DNA of 64,000 bases, from assembly GCA_964493715.1 (NCBI GenBank), contig CAZBPC010000002.1:4814-68813 (forward strand). The letters are read 5' to 3'. The notes under the pieces were generated by a model, which made no database searches, was not told the DNA's origin, and was given only the letters and a program-made list of their open reading frames with translations. This document shows, piece after piece, positions 17,051 to 26,180 of the stretch (position 1 is the stretch's first letter; each line of letters starts with the position of its first letter). Origin of the DNA: an uncultured archaeon (lineage in GTDB: Archaea; Asgardarchaeota; Lokiarchaeia; Sigyniarchaeales; SOKP01). The translations under genes were made by a program, and so were the position numbers.

Positions 17051-18124
17051 ATGAAAATTCTGGAAAAAAATGATAAAACAGGAGAAATAACGGTTCAAAT
17101 TGAGACCTTAAACGATTTATGGAGCCTATACAATGTAATAGCAGAGAATGATCAAGTTGCTGCTCGAACACAAAGAAGAATTGTATTAAAAGAAGGATCA
17201 AAAGGAGAGCGTAAGCCAATGTACCTTAAAATTAATGTAGAAGGTGTCTCATTTCATGAATTTTCTAATCGCTTAAGGATCAAAGGTACAATATTAGAAG
17301 GACCTGAAGATTTTGTAAGTTTTGGGACCTATCATACTTTAAATATTGAAATTGGTCAAACATTAGTTATTAAAAAGGAGAATTGGTTGAGAAGCGAAAT
17401 AAAGAGATTAAATGAAAAATCTAAATTTGAAACAAATTTTAATATGATTATAGTTGCTATAGAAGCAGGTTTGGCCACAATCTCCCTCACAACAAATTTC
17501 AGCCATAAAAGAATTGCTACCATAAAAAAAAATATACCAGGAAAACGATATGAGCAAACACACAGAAATAAAGCATATGAAGAATTTTTTTTAGAAATTG
17601 AAAAAATACTTGAAGAAAATATAAAGATTAATGAAATTAATTTGATTGTTTTATGCGGACCTGGAAGCACCAGAAATCACTTTTTAACTTATTTGAAAGA
17701 AAATGTAAAAGCACCTTACCAGAATAAAATTCAAAACTTTCATGCAAGTTCTGGGACTGAAAGTGGAATCATCGAAATTCTAAAATCTAAAAAATTAATG
17801 AGTATAAAAAATAATGTAAAAATACTACAGGAGAGTCAAAAAATAGAAGAGATCTTTACACTGTTTGACAAAAACCCTGATCTTGTCGCTATCGGCTTTG
17901 ATGAGATAGATGTTGCATCGCAAAAAGGTGCAGTAAAAGAATTATTTCTTGCTGATACCCTAATTAGAGGAGCAATGAAAAATCAAAAACTACAAATTGA
18001 AAGAATAATAAGTAATGTAGAGAGATCACAAGGTATAATCCACATTATGAATAGTGAGCATCCAACTGGCCAACGTATCGATGATTTAGGTTCTCTCGTA
18101 GCAATATTAAGATATAAGGTTTAA
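17051..18124 (+). CDS. pelA: Pelota (Dom34) mRNA surveillance / ribosome rescue factor
   Basis: N-terminal MKILEKNDKTGEITVQIETLNDLW and eRF1-like domain layout. About 357 aa from the ATG at 17051. Confidence 0.85.
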   Translation: MKILEKNDKTGEITVQIETLNDLWSLYNVIAENDQVAARTQRRIVLKEGSKGERKPMYLKINVEGVSFHEFSNRLRIKGTILEGPEDFVSFGTYHTLNIEIGQTLVIKKENWLRSEIKRLNEKSKFETNFNMIIVAIEAGLATISLTTNFSHKRIATIKKNIPGKRYEQTHRNKAYEEFFLEIEKILEENIKINEINLIVLCGPGSTRNHFLTYLKENVKAPYQNKIQNFHASSGTESGIIEILKSKKLMSIKNNVKILQESQKIEEIFTLFDKNPDLVAIGFDEIDVASQKGAVKELFLADTLIRGAMKNQKLQIERIISNVERSQGIIHIMNSEHPTGQRIDDLGSLVAILRYKV

Positions 18125-18142
18125 TCAATAATGGTGTAATGA

Positions 18143-19174
18143 ATGCATCAAGATATTATTTATGTCAATGAAGCATCTAATATCCCCTTGATGGGAGTAG
18201 ATTTTTTAGGTTTAATTGATCGTGGTACAAACATTATTGAGATTAAGCCCATAACATTATGCAATTTGAAATGTAAGTATTGTTTCGTTAGTGCTGGAGA
18301 TTATAGAACAAATTTTATCGTGAGTTCGAAATATATAATAAAAGGAATAAAAAAAATAACAGAAATTAAAGGAGCTCACGATTTAGAGATTCATATTGCG
18401 CCATATGGTGAAAGTTTACTTTATCCTGAATTATATGATTTATTGACGAAATTATGGAATATTGAAGGAATCTCTACAATTTCTATGCAAAGTAATGGAT
18501 TATTATTAACAGAAAAAAAAATCAACATGTTGGAATCATTAAATCTCTCAAGAATAAATATTAGTTTAAACACACTTAATGAAAATCTCGCAAGAAAATT
18601 GTGTGGTTGCAAAGTTTATGGTGTTAATGAATTATTAGATATTTTAAATTTACTTATCGCATCAAAAATAGATGTACTTATTGCACCAGTATGGTTTCCA
18701 GGGAAAAATGACATAGATATTGAAAATATTATTAAATATGTAATCTACTTAAAAAATCAAGGATATAAGCAAATCCCAAAAATTGGGATACAAAAATATT
18801 TAGTTTATAAAACTGGTAGAAAGCTCAGCAGAACTTATCCAAAATCTTGGGGATATTTCTATGAGCAACTTACGAAATTAGAAAAAAAATATGGATTAAA
18901 GTTAAAACTAGGACCTAAAGATTTTGGAATTCATAGAAGAGAATCGATCTCTACCTTAAATTTAAAAAAAAATGACGAAATAAAATTAGTAATAATATCT
19001 AAAGGACGTTGGGAACAAGAATGTATTGGTAAAATTACTAAAGAGATAGGTATTAAGGTACTATTGCAAAAACCCCTTAAATTTACAGATAATATGATTG
19101 GTAAAGAAATTAAAGTAAAGATTATAAAAGCTAATTATAAAGATAATATTCTAACTGCTAGATATCCTACCTAA
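18143..19174 (+). CDS. Radical SAM protein
   Basis: Canonical CNLKCKYCF (CX3CX2C) cluster near the N-terminus. 343 aa. Confidence 0.65.
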   Translation: MHQDIIYVNEASNIPLMGVDFLGLIDRGTNIIEIKPITLCNLKCKYCFVSAGDYRTNFIVSSKYIIKGIKKITEIKGAHDLEIHIAPYGESLLYPELYDLLTKLWNIEGISTISMQSNGLLLTEKKINMLESLNLSRINISLNTLNENLARKLCGCKVYGVNELLDILNLLIASKIDVLIAPVWFPGKNDIDIENIIKYVIYLKNQGYKQIPKIGIQKYLVYKTGRKLSRTYPKSWGYFYEQLTKLEKKYGLKLKLGPKDFGIHRRESISTLNLKKNDEIKLVIISKGRWEQECIGKITKEIGIKVLLQKPLKFTDNMIGKEIKVKIIKANYKDNILTARYPT

Positions 19175-19256
19175 TTAAATCACTTTGAAAAACCTAAAAA
19201 TTATAATATCAAAATGCTATTAAATTAATATTAAATGTAATGATTATTTATTCGAG

Positions 19257-19889
19257 TTGAAAATTATGAGTCCTATTATAACGCATGAAGATGAGCTAGA
19301 ATTAGCCAAAACTGAACAAGAACTCGTTAAAGAAATTAAAAAACTTGCGAAAGCTCAATCAGCACTTGTAAATTCTCAGAAAAAGTATGCGGAAAACTTA
19401 ACTAAAGCGACTCTTGCAAGAGAAATGATGAATCGAACTTATAGAGATGTTTTAAAACAAATGCAAACATTAGTGAGAGAAAGACGATCTAATATTAAAG
19501 ACGAAGAAGTCCAGTTGTTTGATGATATTATTCATCAAAATGATAAATATATTGAAGCTAACAAGAGTTATATTGATTCTATAAAAAATCTTACTCTAAA
19601 AAAGGATTATTTAATTGAAAAAAAAGAAGAATTTGCTGACGCATTAAACGAAGTAGCCCAAAGGAGAAGTGTCATCATAAAAAAAGCTCTATTTGTAGAA
19701 AAAAAGAAAAATAGCTTGGAAGAAGGCGAAAAAATAAAAATTTATGAATCCGAACTAGATGATATCCAAAGAGAATTTGATAGAGCTCGAGACGTAATGC
19801 TTAAAAAAATTAATCAATTTTTACAAGTTAGAGACGAGGTAGACAACTTGTGGTTAAAAGTAAAAGATACAGTATCCAAGTCAAGCTAA
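19257..19889 (+). CDS. Coiled-coil protein, unknown function
   Basis: About 207-210 aa, all-helical and K/E/Q-rich with heptad character. No catalytic motif. Confidence 0.4.
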   Translation: MKIMSPIITHEDELELAKTEQELVKEIKKLAKAQSALVNSQKKYAENLTKATLAREMMNRTYRDVLKQMQTLVRERRSNIKDEEVQLFDDIIHQNDKYIEANKSYIDSIKNLTLKKDYLIEKKEEFADALNEVAQRRSVIIKKALFVEKKKNSLEEGEKIKIYESELDDIQREFDRARDVMLKKINQFLQVRDEVDNLWLKVKDTVSKSS

Positions 19890-20026
19890 CTAATTCTTCA
19901 TTATTTTTTTACCAATTTTGATTTAATGACTTTTCATAGGTCACTACTTAAATTTATTAAACATCTCTAACATATAATTATTAAAAATTTCTATGAAAAT
20001 CAGTAATTAATTATCGGGATTAAAAA

Positions 20027-20494
20027 ATGTGTGCAGAAGAATTTACCAGCTTTTTAGAAAATGCTCGTAAATCTCCGATTGAAGAAAAGATCAATGCTTT
20101 TGGAGACATCGTTGAAAAAATGATGATCATGTTCCTAAGGATTCCAGATCTTGTTGATCAAGCCTTACTTACAATTAATCAGCAAATAACAACAATGGAA
20201 TCACGAATTAATACGATAAATACAGAAGTATCTAATATAAAGACAAAATCTACCCTTTCAACTCCAATTGTAGCCACACCTACCGCTCCGAGTAGTGCGC
20301 CTCCTCCATCAGGAGGACCACCTGGAAGACCACCTGGAGGACCACCTGGAGGACCACCTGGAGGACCACCTGGAGGACCACCGCCTCCACCTGGAGGACC
20401 ACCTGGAGCTGCTCGTCCTGCAAATCCCCAAAGTTTAAGGGGAGCAATAATGGGTGAATTAAAGCAATTATTTGCCAAACGGAACCAAGGTTAA
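20027..20494 (+). CDS. Polyproline-repeat protein (helical N-domain, (GPPG)n tract, C-terminal amphipathic helix)
   Basis: 155 aa. APPPSGGPPGRPPGGPPGGPPGGPPGGPPPPPGGPPGAARP is followed by SLRGAIMGELKQLFAKR. Confidence 0.6.
   Translation: MCAEEFTSFLENARKSPIEEKINAFGDIVEKMMIMFLRIPDLVDQALLTINQQITTMESRINTINTEVSNIKTKSTLSTPIVATPTAPSSAPPPSGGPPGRPPGGPPGGPPGGPPGGPPPPPGGPPGAARPANPQSLRGAIMGELKQLFAKRNQG
20311..20410 (+). repeat. 12-nt tandem repeat GGACCACCTGGA (about 7 units) encoding GPPG repeats
   Basis: Direct reading of ggaccacctgga iterations. It generates the spurious antisense ORF 20179-20478. Confidence 0.9.
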
Positions 20495-20852
20495 TATATT
20501 ATAGCATTTAAGTACTTCATTTATCTTATTAGATGTTTATTCCAATAACTTGTACCACTCTATCTTATTTTTTGACCTAAAACTATTAAAATGAGAAAAT
20601 AATTTAGCTTGCTGAATCAGTTTATCCAGAAGCTGATTCTCAAATTAGAAGATTTGGAGTATATTTAGCAAGTTTTCTAACATCAAGATATAATCCGATT
20701 GGTAATAACCTGATGATTCTCTTTAACAATTGGAGTCAATTCATTCATAAAAATCAATTATACCAAGAGAAAATCATTAAAGAAATTCTGAGCCTGCCGC
20801 TATGGAAGCATATATTAAATCCTGTAAAAGATATTATTTTGAATTTGAAGTA

Positions 20853-21431
20853 TTAAAACTCTAGAAAGCCTGGATCATCAAAAATGTCTTCGATTTTCTT
20901 TTCCCGCTTTACTTTACCTTCAGTTTCATCAAATAATGAATCTTCATCAGTTTTTATACCTTTTTCAAGTTCAAGAGTATCTAATTGCTGTAAAGCTCCC
21001 TTTTCAAGTTGTTTATACTCTTCGGATTTCATGCGCCAATGATTAGCATCTTCTAATTTATTACCTTCTTCCTCTTCCAAGGCGATTGCTGCTTTTGCTC
21101 GGCAAATGTCTGATAAAATAGAATATGATAATGCCAATTCACCCCATTCATTCCCTTTTTTTAATTTAAAGATTCTTTTTTCTAATCTTTGTAACTCTTG
21201 GTCTGCATAATAAACATCGATGAAATCCCCAAATGCATCAACTGGTTCAGATATGGAATTTACTATTACATCCTTATTCAATCCACAATATCCACATTTA
21301 ACCGTTGCAATAGCAGATTTTCTTATATTTTCTACTTTGACGGATTTTTCTCCGCAATTAGGACATGTAAAGATCTTTGGTACTCTCTTTACTCGTTTGT
21401 ATGATTGCTGCTTTCTTTTTCTTCTTCCCAT
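20853..21431 (-). CDS. elf1: Transcription elongation factor Elf1 homolog with long acidic coiled-coil C-terminal extension
   Basis: A basic N-terminus MGRRKRKQ, then FTCPNCGEKS...KCGYCGL...SEPVDAFGDFIDVYY, matches the Elf1 zinc-ribbon family pattern. 192 aa. Confidence 0.8.
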   Translation of the reverse strand: MGRRKRKQQSYKRVKRVPKIFTCPNCGEKSVKVENIRKSAIATVKCGYCGLNKDVIVNSISEPVDAFGDFIDVYYADQELQRLEKRIFKLKKGNEWGELALSYSILSDICRAKAAIALEEEEGNKLEDANHWRMKSEEYKQLEKGALQQLDTLELEKGIKTDEDSLFDETEGKVKREKKIEDIFDDPGFLEF

Positions 21432-21602
21432 AGAACTTCACGTGAAAATGATTACAATAATGATATATAAACCAAAACTAAAAAAATTTAGCTTTTTTAA
21501 TGAGAAATTAAAGTATACCATAAAATTTTTTAGGAATGCTTAATTATGATAAGTACTCTTTTTGATTGAAATGATTAAAATTAAGGTGAGTGGACAATAG
21601 GC

Positions 21603-22703
21603 ATGGAACATAAGTCTCTATCAATAGAAGAAGATGAAAATTTGTTAATCAAGATCCTTGATGATGCAGATATGCGTTACATAATACTGTATATGTATAT
21701 AATTCGAAATGATTTGCTAAAGGATCTTAGTGATTCTAAAATGATAGAATCTTATGAACGTGTTTTAATCTTGGATGAAATATTTAAAAATAATATAATT
21801 GAATTTTGGGATGAAGAATTCATTGAAATAATGATAGATCTGGGTCTATTCAAAAATATAAGAAGTTTGGGAGAGTATAACAAATTAGAAGGAGATTTTA
21901 TCCTAAAGTTAGGAGAAGAAACCATTACAATTGAAAACAACACGATTTCTGTACCCGATGATATTCTCTTCTTAATTATTAAAAAAAAATTCAAATTTTT
22001 GAACAGAAGGAATTTCAATCTCGCACTTACGAGATTAAAAGGAGTCAGTTGTGAAAAAAGCAGTATTATTCATCCTTTTATTTATGAAATTGGAGATCAC
22101 GACTTTACTCTTTCTAATGATCTTTATTATATATTGGATCAATTTGGAAATGTATATCAATCAGTTAAAATTGAAATTACAATTGAAGGATTTTACCAAA
22201 GATTTGAAGAATTACTTGAAAAAGTCAATAATTTTATTGATATATTTGATCCCGTTTTAAATTCTAAACCAGGAATGAAAAGGATTGATGAGGCTCTAGA
22301 ACAAAACAAAGAAGTCATATCATTTCTAAAAGATTCAAAAATTCAACTTTCAGATAAATTTAATTTAGAAAATGTTGAAAAGTCAGATGATACATATAAG
22401 AAGTGGTATACACAATTAACGATTTTACTAAATTCGAGGTATCAATTAAATAAGATTCAAGATAAACTGAATGAATTAAGAAGTTATTATTCAGGAAAAA
22501 AAAAAAAAAATAATTATCTTGAATTTATTGAAAAAATCTCGTTTAATGAAAATGGAATAGTTAATACTATTCAAAACACACTCATCAAATTAAGAAAAGA
22601 AATTGTTGAAATTAATACTCAAATTTCGGATTTTACAAAAAAAAAATTAAAATTATTAAATTTAGATTATGAAAGAATAATTGTTGAAAGCAAGAATGAA
22701 TAA
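21603..22703 (+). CDS. Operon gene 1: hypothetical protein with C-terminal coiled coil
   Basis: 366-aa ORF. AAGGTGAG lies upstream. Contains an A15 tract at 22496-22510. No recognisable motif. Confidence 0.5.
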   Translation: MEHKSLSIEEDENLLIKILDDADMRYIILYMYIIRNDLLKDLSDSKMIESYERVLILDEIFKNNIIEFWDEEFIEIMIDLGLFKNIRSLGEYNKLEGDFILKLGEETITIENNTISVPDDILFLIIKKKFKFLNRRNFNLALTRLKGVSCEKSSIIHPFIYEIGDHDFTLSNDLYYILDQFGNVYQSVKIEITIEGFYQRFEELLEKVNNFIDIFDPVLNSKPGMKRIDEALEQNKEVISFLKDSKIQLSDKFNLENVEKSDDTYKKWYTQLTILLNSRYQLNKIQDKLNELRSYYSGKKKKNNYLEFIEKISFNENGIVNTIQNTLIKLRKEIVEINTQISDFTKKKLKLLNLDYERIIVESKNE

Positions 22704-22705
22704 TT

Positions 22706-23665
22706 ATGATATGTCCATCATGTAATGTTGAAATGGAACCCCTTGTAGCAGGTATCTTTCAATGCCCTAATTGCAGAAAGATAGTAAAATCTAAAGAAAA
22801 AACAAGTAAAAATGTTTCAGACGAGGGTGAAGATAAAGGAGGATTTTTAGATGGAAATTATTTTCATGACCAGTTAACATTAAATAAAGAGTATGAAATT
22901 TGTGAAAAAGGTATAATTATCAATAAAACAGAAACTAGAGTACTGGCTGCTCTAATTTGCCATAGTCCATTGTTAAAGAGTGAAAGATACGTTCGACTTT
23001 CATGGTGGAAAACATATCAACACGCAGGAATGCTTAAAATTTATGAAAGTCACGTTCTAACTAACCTAATTAAAGCCTTAGAAAAATTTGATGAATCTTT
23101 TGATGATTTGTGGAACTGGAAAGGAAAATTTGATAAAAAGGATTCAAAAACTGAAGAGGATCTAGAAAAAGAGAAAAAATTAGACATCATTAAATATCGT
23201 ATATTAGAGAATCGAACATGCCCTAATTGCCAACAGAAAATGGAAAAACATAAATCTCATTATATCTGTCAACATTGTTCAGAAATTGTTATTTTAGAAG
23301 GATATAATCAACCAATTTTTAATATCGATTCTAAAGATCTTGATTTGAGATTTCATAGTAATTTTCCCATTAATTTTTATATGCCTACAAGTGGAATAAC
23401 CATCAAATGGCTTGTAGGTGAATGGAAAGCTATAGTCGTTATTTATTCAAATAATAACCCTAATAGACGCTGGCTTAGATTTTATTGGTGGACTCGGGAT
23501 TTAAGTAAATTAATAAAATATGGACAAAGGGAGATGACTGAAGGTACTCAAATGGGATGGAAAGCGCAAAAGGGAGTGTCTTCTCCAAATATATTTGATA
23601 AAAAGAATATTAGACCATTGATTAATGCTTTGGAAAAGATTTCTAATGAATTAAATTGGAACTAA
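22706..23665 (+). CDS. Operon gene 2: internally duplicated zinc-ribbon protein
   Basis: 319 aa. Two modules each contain a CxxC...CxxC ribbon (CPSC..CPNC and CPNC..CQHC), an R[YW][VL]R[LF]xWW[KT] motif and an [IL]xALEK[FI] helix. Confidence 0.55.
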   Translation: MICPSCNVEMEPLVAGIFQCPNCRKIVKSKEKTSKNVSDEGEDKGGFLDGNYFHDQLTLNKEYEICEKGIIINKTETRVLAALICHSPLLKSERYVRLSWWKTYQHAGMLKIYESHVLTNLIKALEKFDESFDDLWNWKGKFDKKDSKTEEDLEKEKKLDIIKYRILENRTCPNCQQKMEKHKSHYICQHCSEIVILEGYNQPIFNIDSKDLDLRFHSNFPINFYMPTSGITIKWLVGEWKAIVVIYSNNNPNRRWLRFYWWTRDLSKLIKYGQREMTEGTQMGWKAQKGVSSPNIFDKKNIRPLINALEKISNELNWN

Positions 23666-23682
23666 AATAGGAAAGAGAAAAA

Positions 23683-24822
23683 ATGGAAAAAAGAACGAAT
23701 TCTTCATGGCAAAACCTCTTACAATCATTTGAAAAAGGGCTTGAATTGGCAATCGATCAAGTAAAAAAACGTGATGTTGAAAGCATACCTGGAGCAAAAG
23801 ATGCATTAGTTCAACGGCTTGAAAATATGAAATTACACTTTCCTAGGAATAATGGTGATTTATTTAAGAAAGCAGTAAATGAAAAAATCCAATTTTTTTT
23901 TTTCCCTAAAACTAAAAATTTCTCTGAAGCATTTAGTAAGATTTTAAATTCCCGGACCCATGAACAAGATTTTATAATAAATGAGTTACTCAATGGTTTT
24001 GTCACCTCCAAGGCAAAAGCAATCGCCTCGGGAACGCAAGTGCCTATTATAGATAGGATGGTAGAAGCTTTTAGTAAAAGAAATGATTTCCACATAGTGG
24101 ATCATCAATTTTATGCTATGTTTGGGGATCCAAATAAACCTCGACATTATGTTAAAAACCAACTTGAAGAACTTGTCAATATGTTTGGATTAATCTCTAA
24201 GAAGCTTATCATTGAGAAAGATGTAAGACGAAGTGAGGAGAAAGTTTATACTTTTTACACCTTTCCTGATGATATTATTAAAATCCTTGAAGAAAAATAC
24301 CTAATACTTGATACTAAATTAGGATATGCTTATGTTTCTAAAAATTTTGATAGAAATGTATTTATATGTATGTTTTTAGCAAATGTAGCAATTAACAGTG
24401 ATAATATTGAAAAAATTGGAGGTTCTTATACCATAAATGGAATTTGTGCCATTTTTGCATTAATTTTATTACTGAGTTTTATGCCAAAACTATCCGTGGA
24501 CGAAACAAATCCAATTTTAAATGATCCTGGTTATAATGAAAGTAATATGAGTGTTATTCCAAAATCTTGGATGATGCGACAAGTTTTAGAGCCATTATTT
24601 GAACCACTGATTAAAATTATTGCTTATAGATTAGGGGGAGGTTTATGGCTATCAAAAGTTATTGATTCAGAAATAAATAAAAGGATTCACAATCAAATAC
24701 GTTTCTTATTAAAAGATGTCAATAAATGGGTGTTGGGTGAACTAGTACGTGTAGAGATTCCAATTTTTGTAGAAATTGCGAATATCTTTGCAGAAATTGT
24801 AGTTGGATATGATAAAGAATAA
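23683..24822 (+). CDS. Operon gene 3: hypothetical protein with central hydrophobic segment
   Basis: 379-aa ORF, 17 nt after gene 2. No recognisable motif. Confidence 0.5.
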   Translation: MEKRTNSSWQNLLQSFEKGLELAIDQVKKRDVESIPGAKDALVQRLENMKLHFPRNNGDLFKKAVNEKIQFFFFPKTKNFSEAFSKILNSRTHEQDFIINELLNGFVTSKAKAIASGTQVPIIDRMVEAFSKRNDFHIVDHQFYAMFGDPNKPRHYVKNQLEELVNMFGLISKKLIIEKDVRRSEEKVYTFYTFPDDIIKILEEKYLILDTKLGYAYVSKNFDRNVFICMFLANVAINSDNIEKIGGSYTINGICAIFALILLLSFMPKLSVDETNPILNDPGYNESNMSVIPKSWMMRQVLEPLFEPLIKIIAYRLGGGLWLSKVIDSEINKRIHNQIRFLLKDVNKWVLGELVRVEIPIFVEIANIFAEIVVGYDKE

Positions 24823-24845
24823 ATTAACTATTAAAATGAGATATC

Positions 24846-26147
24846 ATGAGTTATTCAAAAAAACCTGCAAGAAAATCTGGACGTAAGCGCGAGAAATGGA
24901 CTGATATTTTACCAAGATACCTTACATTTATTAGTCATATGAGACCAATTCTTAGAGAAACAAGAAAAATTGTTAGTGATTTGGATGCAGATTTATTGAT
25001 AGACACAGAAATCTTAGATAAAATTCGTGAAGAAGAGGAAAAAAGAAATATAAGAAAAGTAAGAGCACTTTCCGAATTCTCTGCAATGTATCGATCTAAT
25101 GTTTATGAAATAATCAAAGGCTTTATTACTAAATATAGAGGAACAATTCCAATTATTGATATTAAAGATTACATCATTGAGTTCTTACATGAATCTATCG
25201 GTGCTCTATATATTTTAAGACATATAACTAATCCAGATCAAAAAAATTTGGATGATACCTACCTTTATTCTCTTAGCAAATTTATAGAAGAGCGTTTATT
25301 TCATAAAGGTGCAAATTTAAGAATGATATATGAAAAACTTCATAAATTTTCGACGGAATACTATGAATGCCAAAGACATTTATTGCAATCACATACCTAT
25401 TACAGAGAGAAACTAGATAATTCTGATTCATTTGAAATACCAGGAATCTCTCCAAAAATGTATCAAATAATAAACAACATTACATCATTGTTTAATCTTG
25501 ATCCTAGTTTCGGGGTTTTTCCAGAACGACCTGATTATGAAATTCCAATGATTTTAAAAAGTGATATATTTTTACCTTATATCGACTCTATAGCTAATGC
25601 AGAAGAGGAATCTATTGAAAATCTAGCTGAACGAATCGGTATGCGATTAATTGATGATCTATTTTTAGCACCTAAAGAGGAATTTGTAAATATATTAGAA
25701 GAAAATAATTATTTAAGAACAAATAAACAATCCGATGGAACAATAAGATATTTACCTCAATTTAGTAATGAAACCCTTATCTTGCATTACCTTGCATTTG
25801 TTTCTCAACGGAGGGGTTTTTTATCAAAAGAATTGATTAATTGGATTTCGATGAATTTTGCATTTTTGATATATATGGGGATTTTAAAATGGAAATTATC
25901 AGATGAGAATATCTTTTATTCAATATTTAAAGATTTACAAACTAATGAAAAAATTTTACCTTATTTAATGAAGCTAATTTGTTTTCCGAATTATCTTGGA
26001 TTAGATAAAATGAAGATAAGAGACTCAGTTCAATATAGGAAGGAAATATTTAATTTTATAGGATCACAAATTGATAATTTAAAAGATCTCATTAATGAAG
26101 TTGCACTATTTTGTGAAAAATTTGATAAAGAAAGAAAGAAAAACTAA
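24846..26147 (+). CDS. Operon gene 4: hypothetical protein
   Basis: 433-aa ORF with a basic N-terminus (KKPARKSGRKREK). No recognisable motif. Confidence 0.5.
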   Translation: MSYSKKPARKSGRKREKWTDILPRYLTFISHMRPILRETRKIVSDLDADLLIDTEILDKIREEEEKRNIRKVRALSEFSAMYRSNVYEIIKGFITKYRGTIPIIDIKDYIIEFLHESIGALYILRHITNPDQKNLDDTYLYSLSKFIEERLFHKGANLRMIYEKLHKFSTEYYECQRHLLQSHTYYREKLDNSDSFEIPGISPKMYQIINNITSLFNLDPSFGVFPERPDYEIPMILKSDIFLPYIDSIANAEEESIENLAERIGMRLIDDLFLAPKEEFVNILEENNYLRTNKQSDGTIRYLPQFSNETLILHYLAFVSQRRGFLSKELINWISMNFAFLIYMGILKWKLSDENIFYSIFKDLQTNEKILPYLMKLICFPNYLGLDKMKIRDSVQYRKEIFNFIGSQIDNLKDLINEVALFCEKFDKERKKN

Positions 26148-26180
26148 ATAATAATATACCGAAAAAAGAGATGAAAGAAA

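Noticed and set aside
20179-20478. 99-aa minus-strand ORF rich in GGPPGG
   Set aside because: It is the mirror-image artefact of the GGACCACCTGGA tandem repeat. The plus-strand ORF has flanking non-repetitive domains and a sensible start and stop.
20710-20792. Possible C/D box sRNA (CUGAUGA ... CUGA) in the gap between the polyproline gene and elf1
   Set aside because: There are no internal D'/C' boxes, no terminal complementary stem, and the spacing (about 75 nt) is atypical. The region also contains short broken reading frames, which suggests a decayed gene remnant rather than an sRNA.
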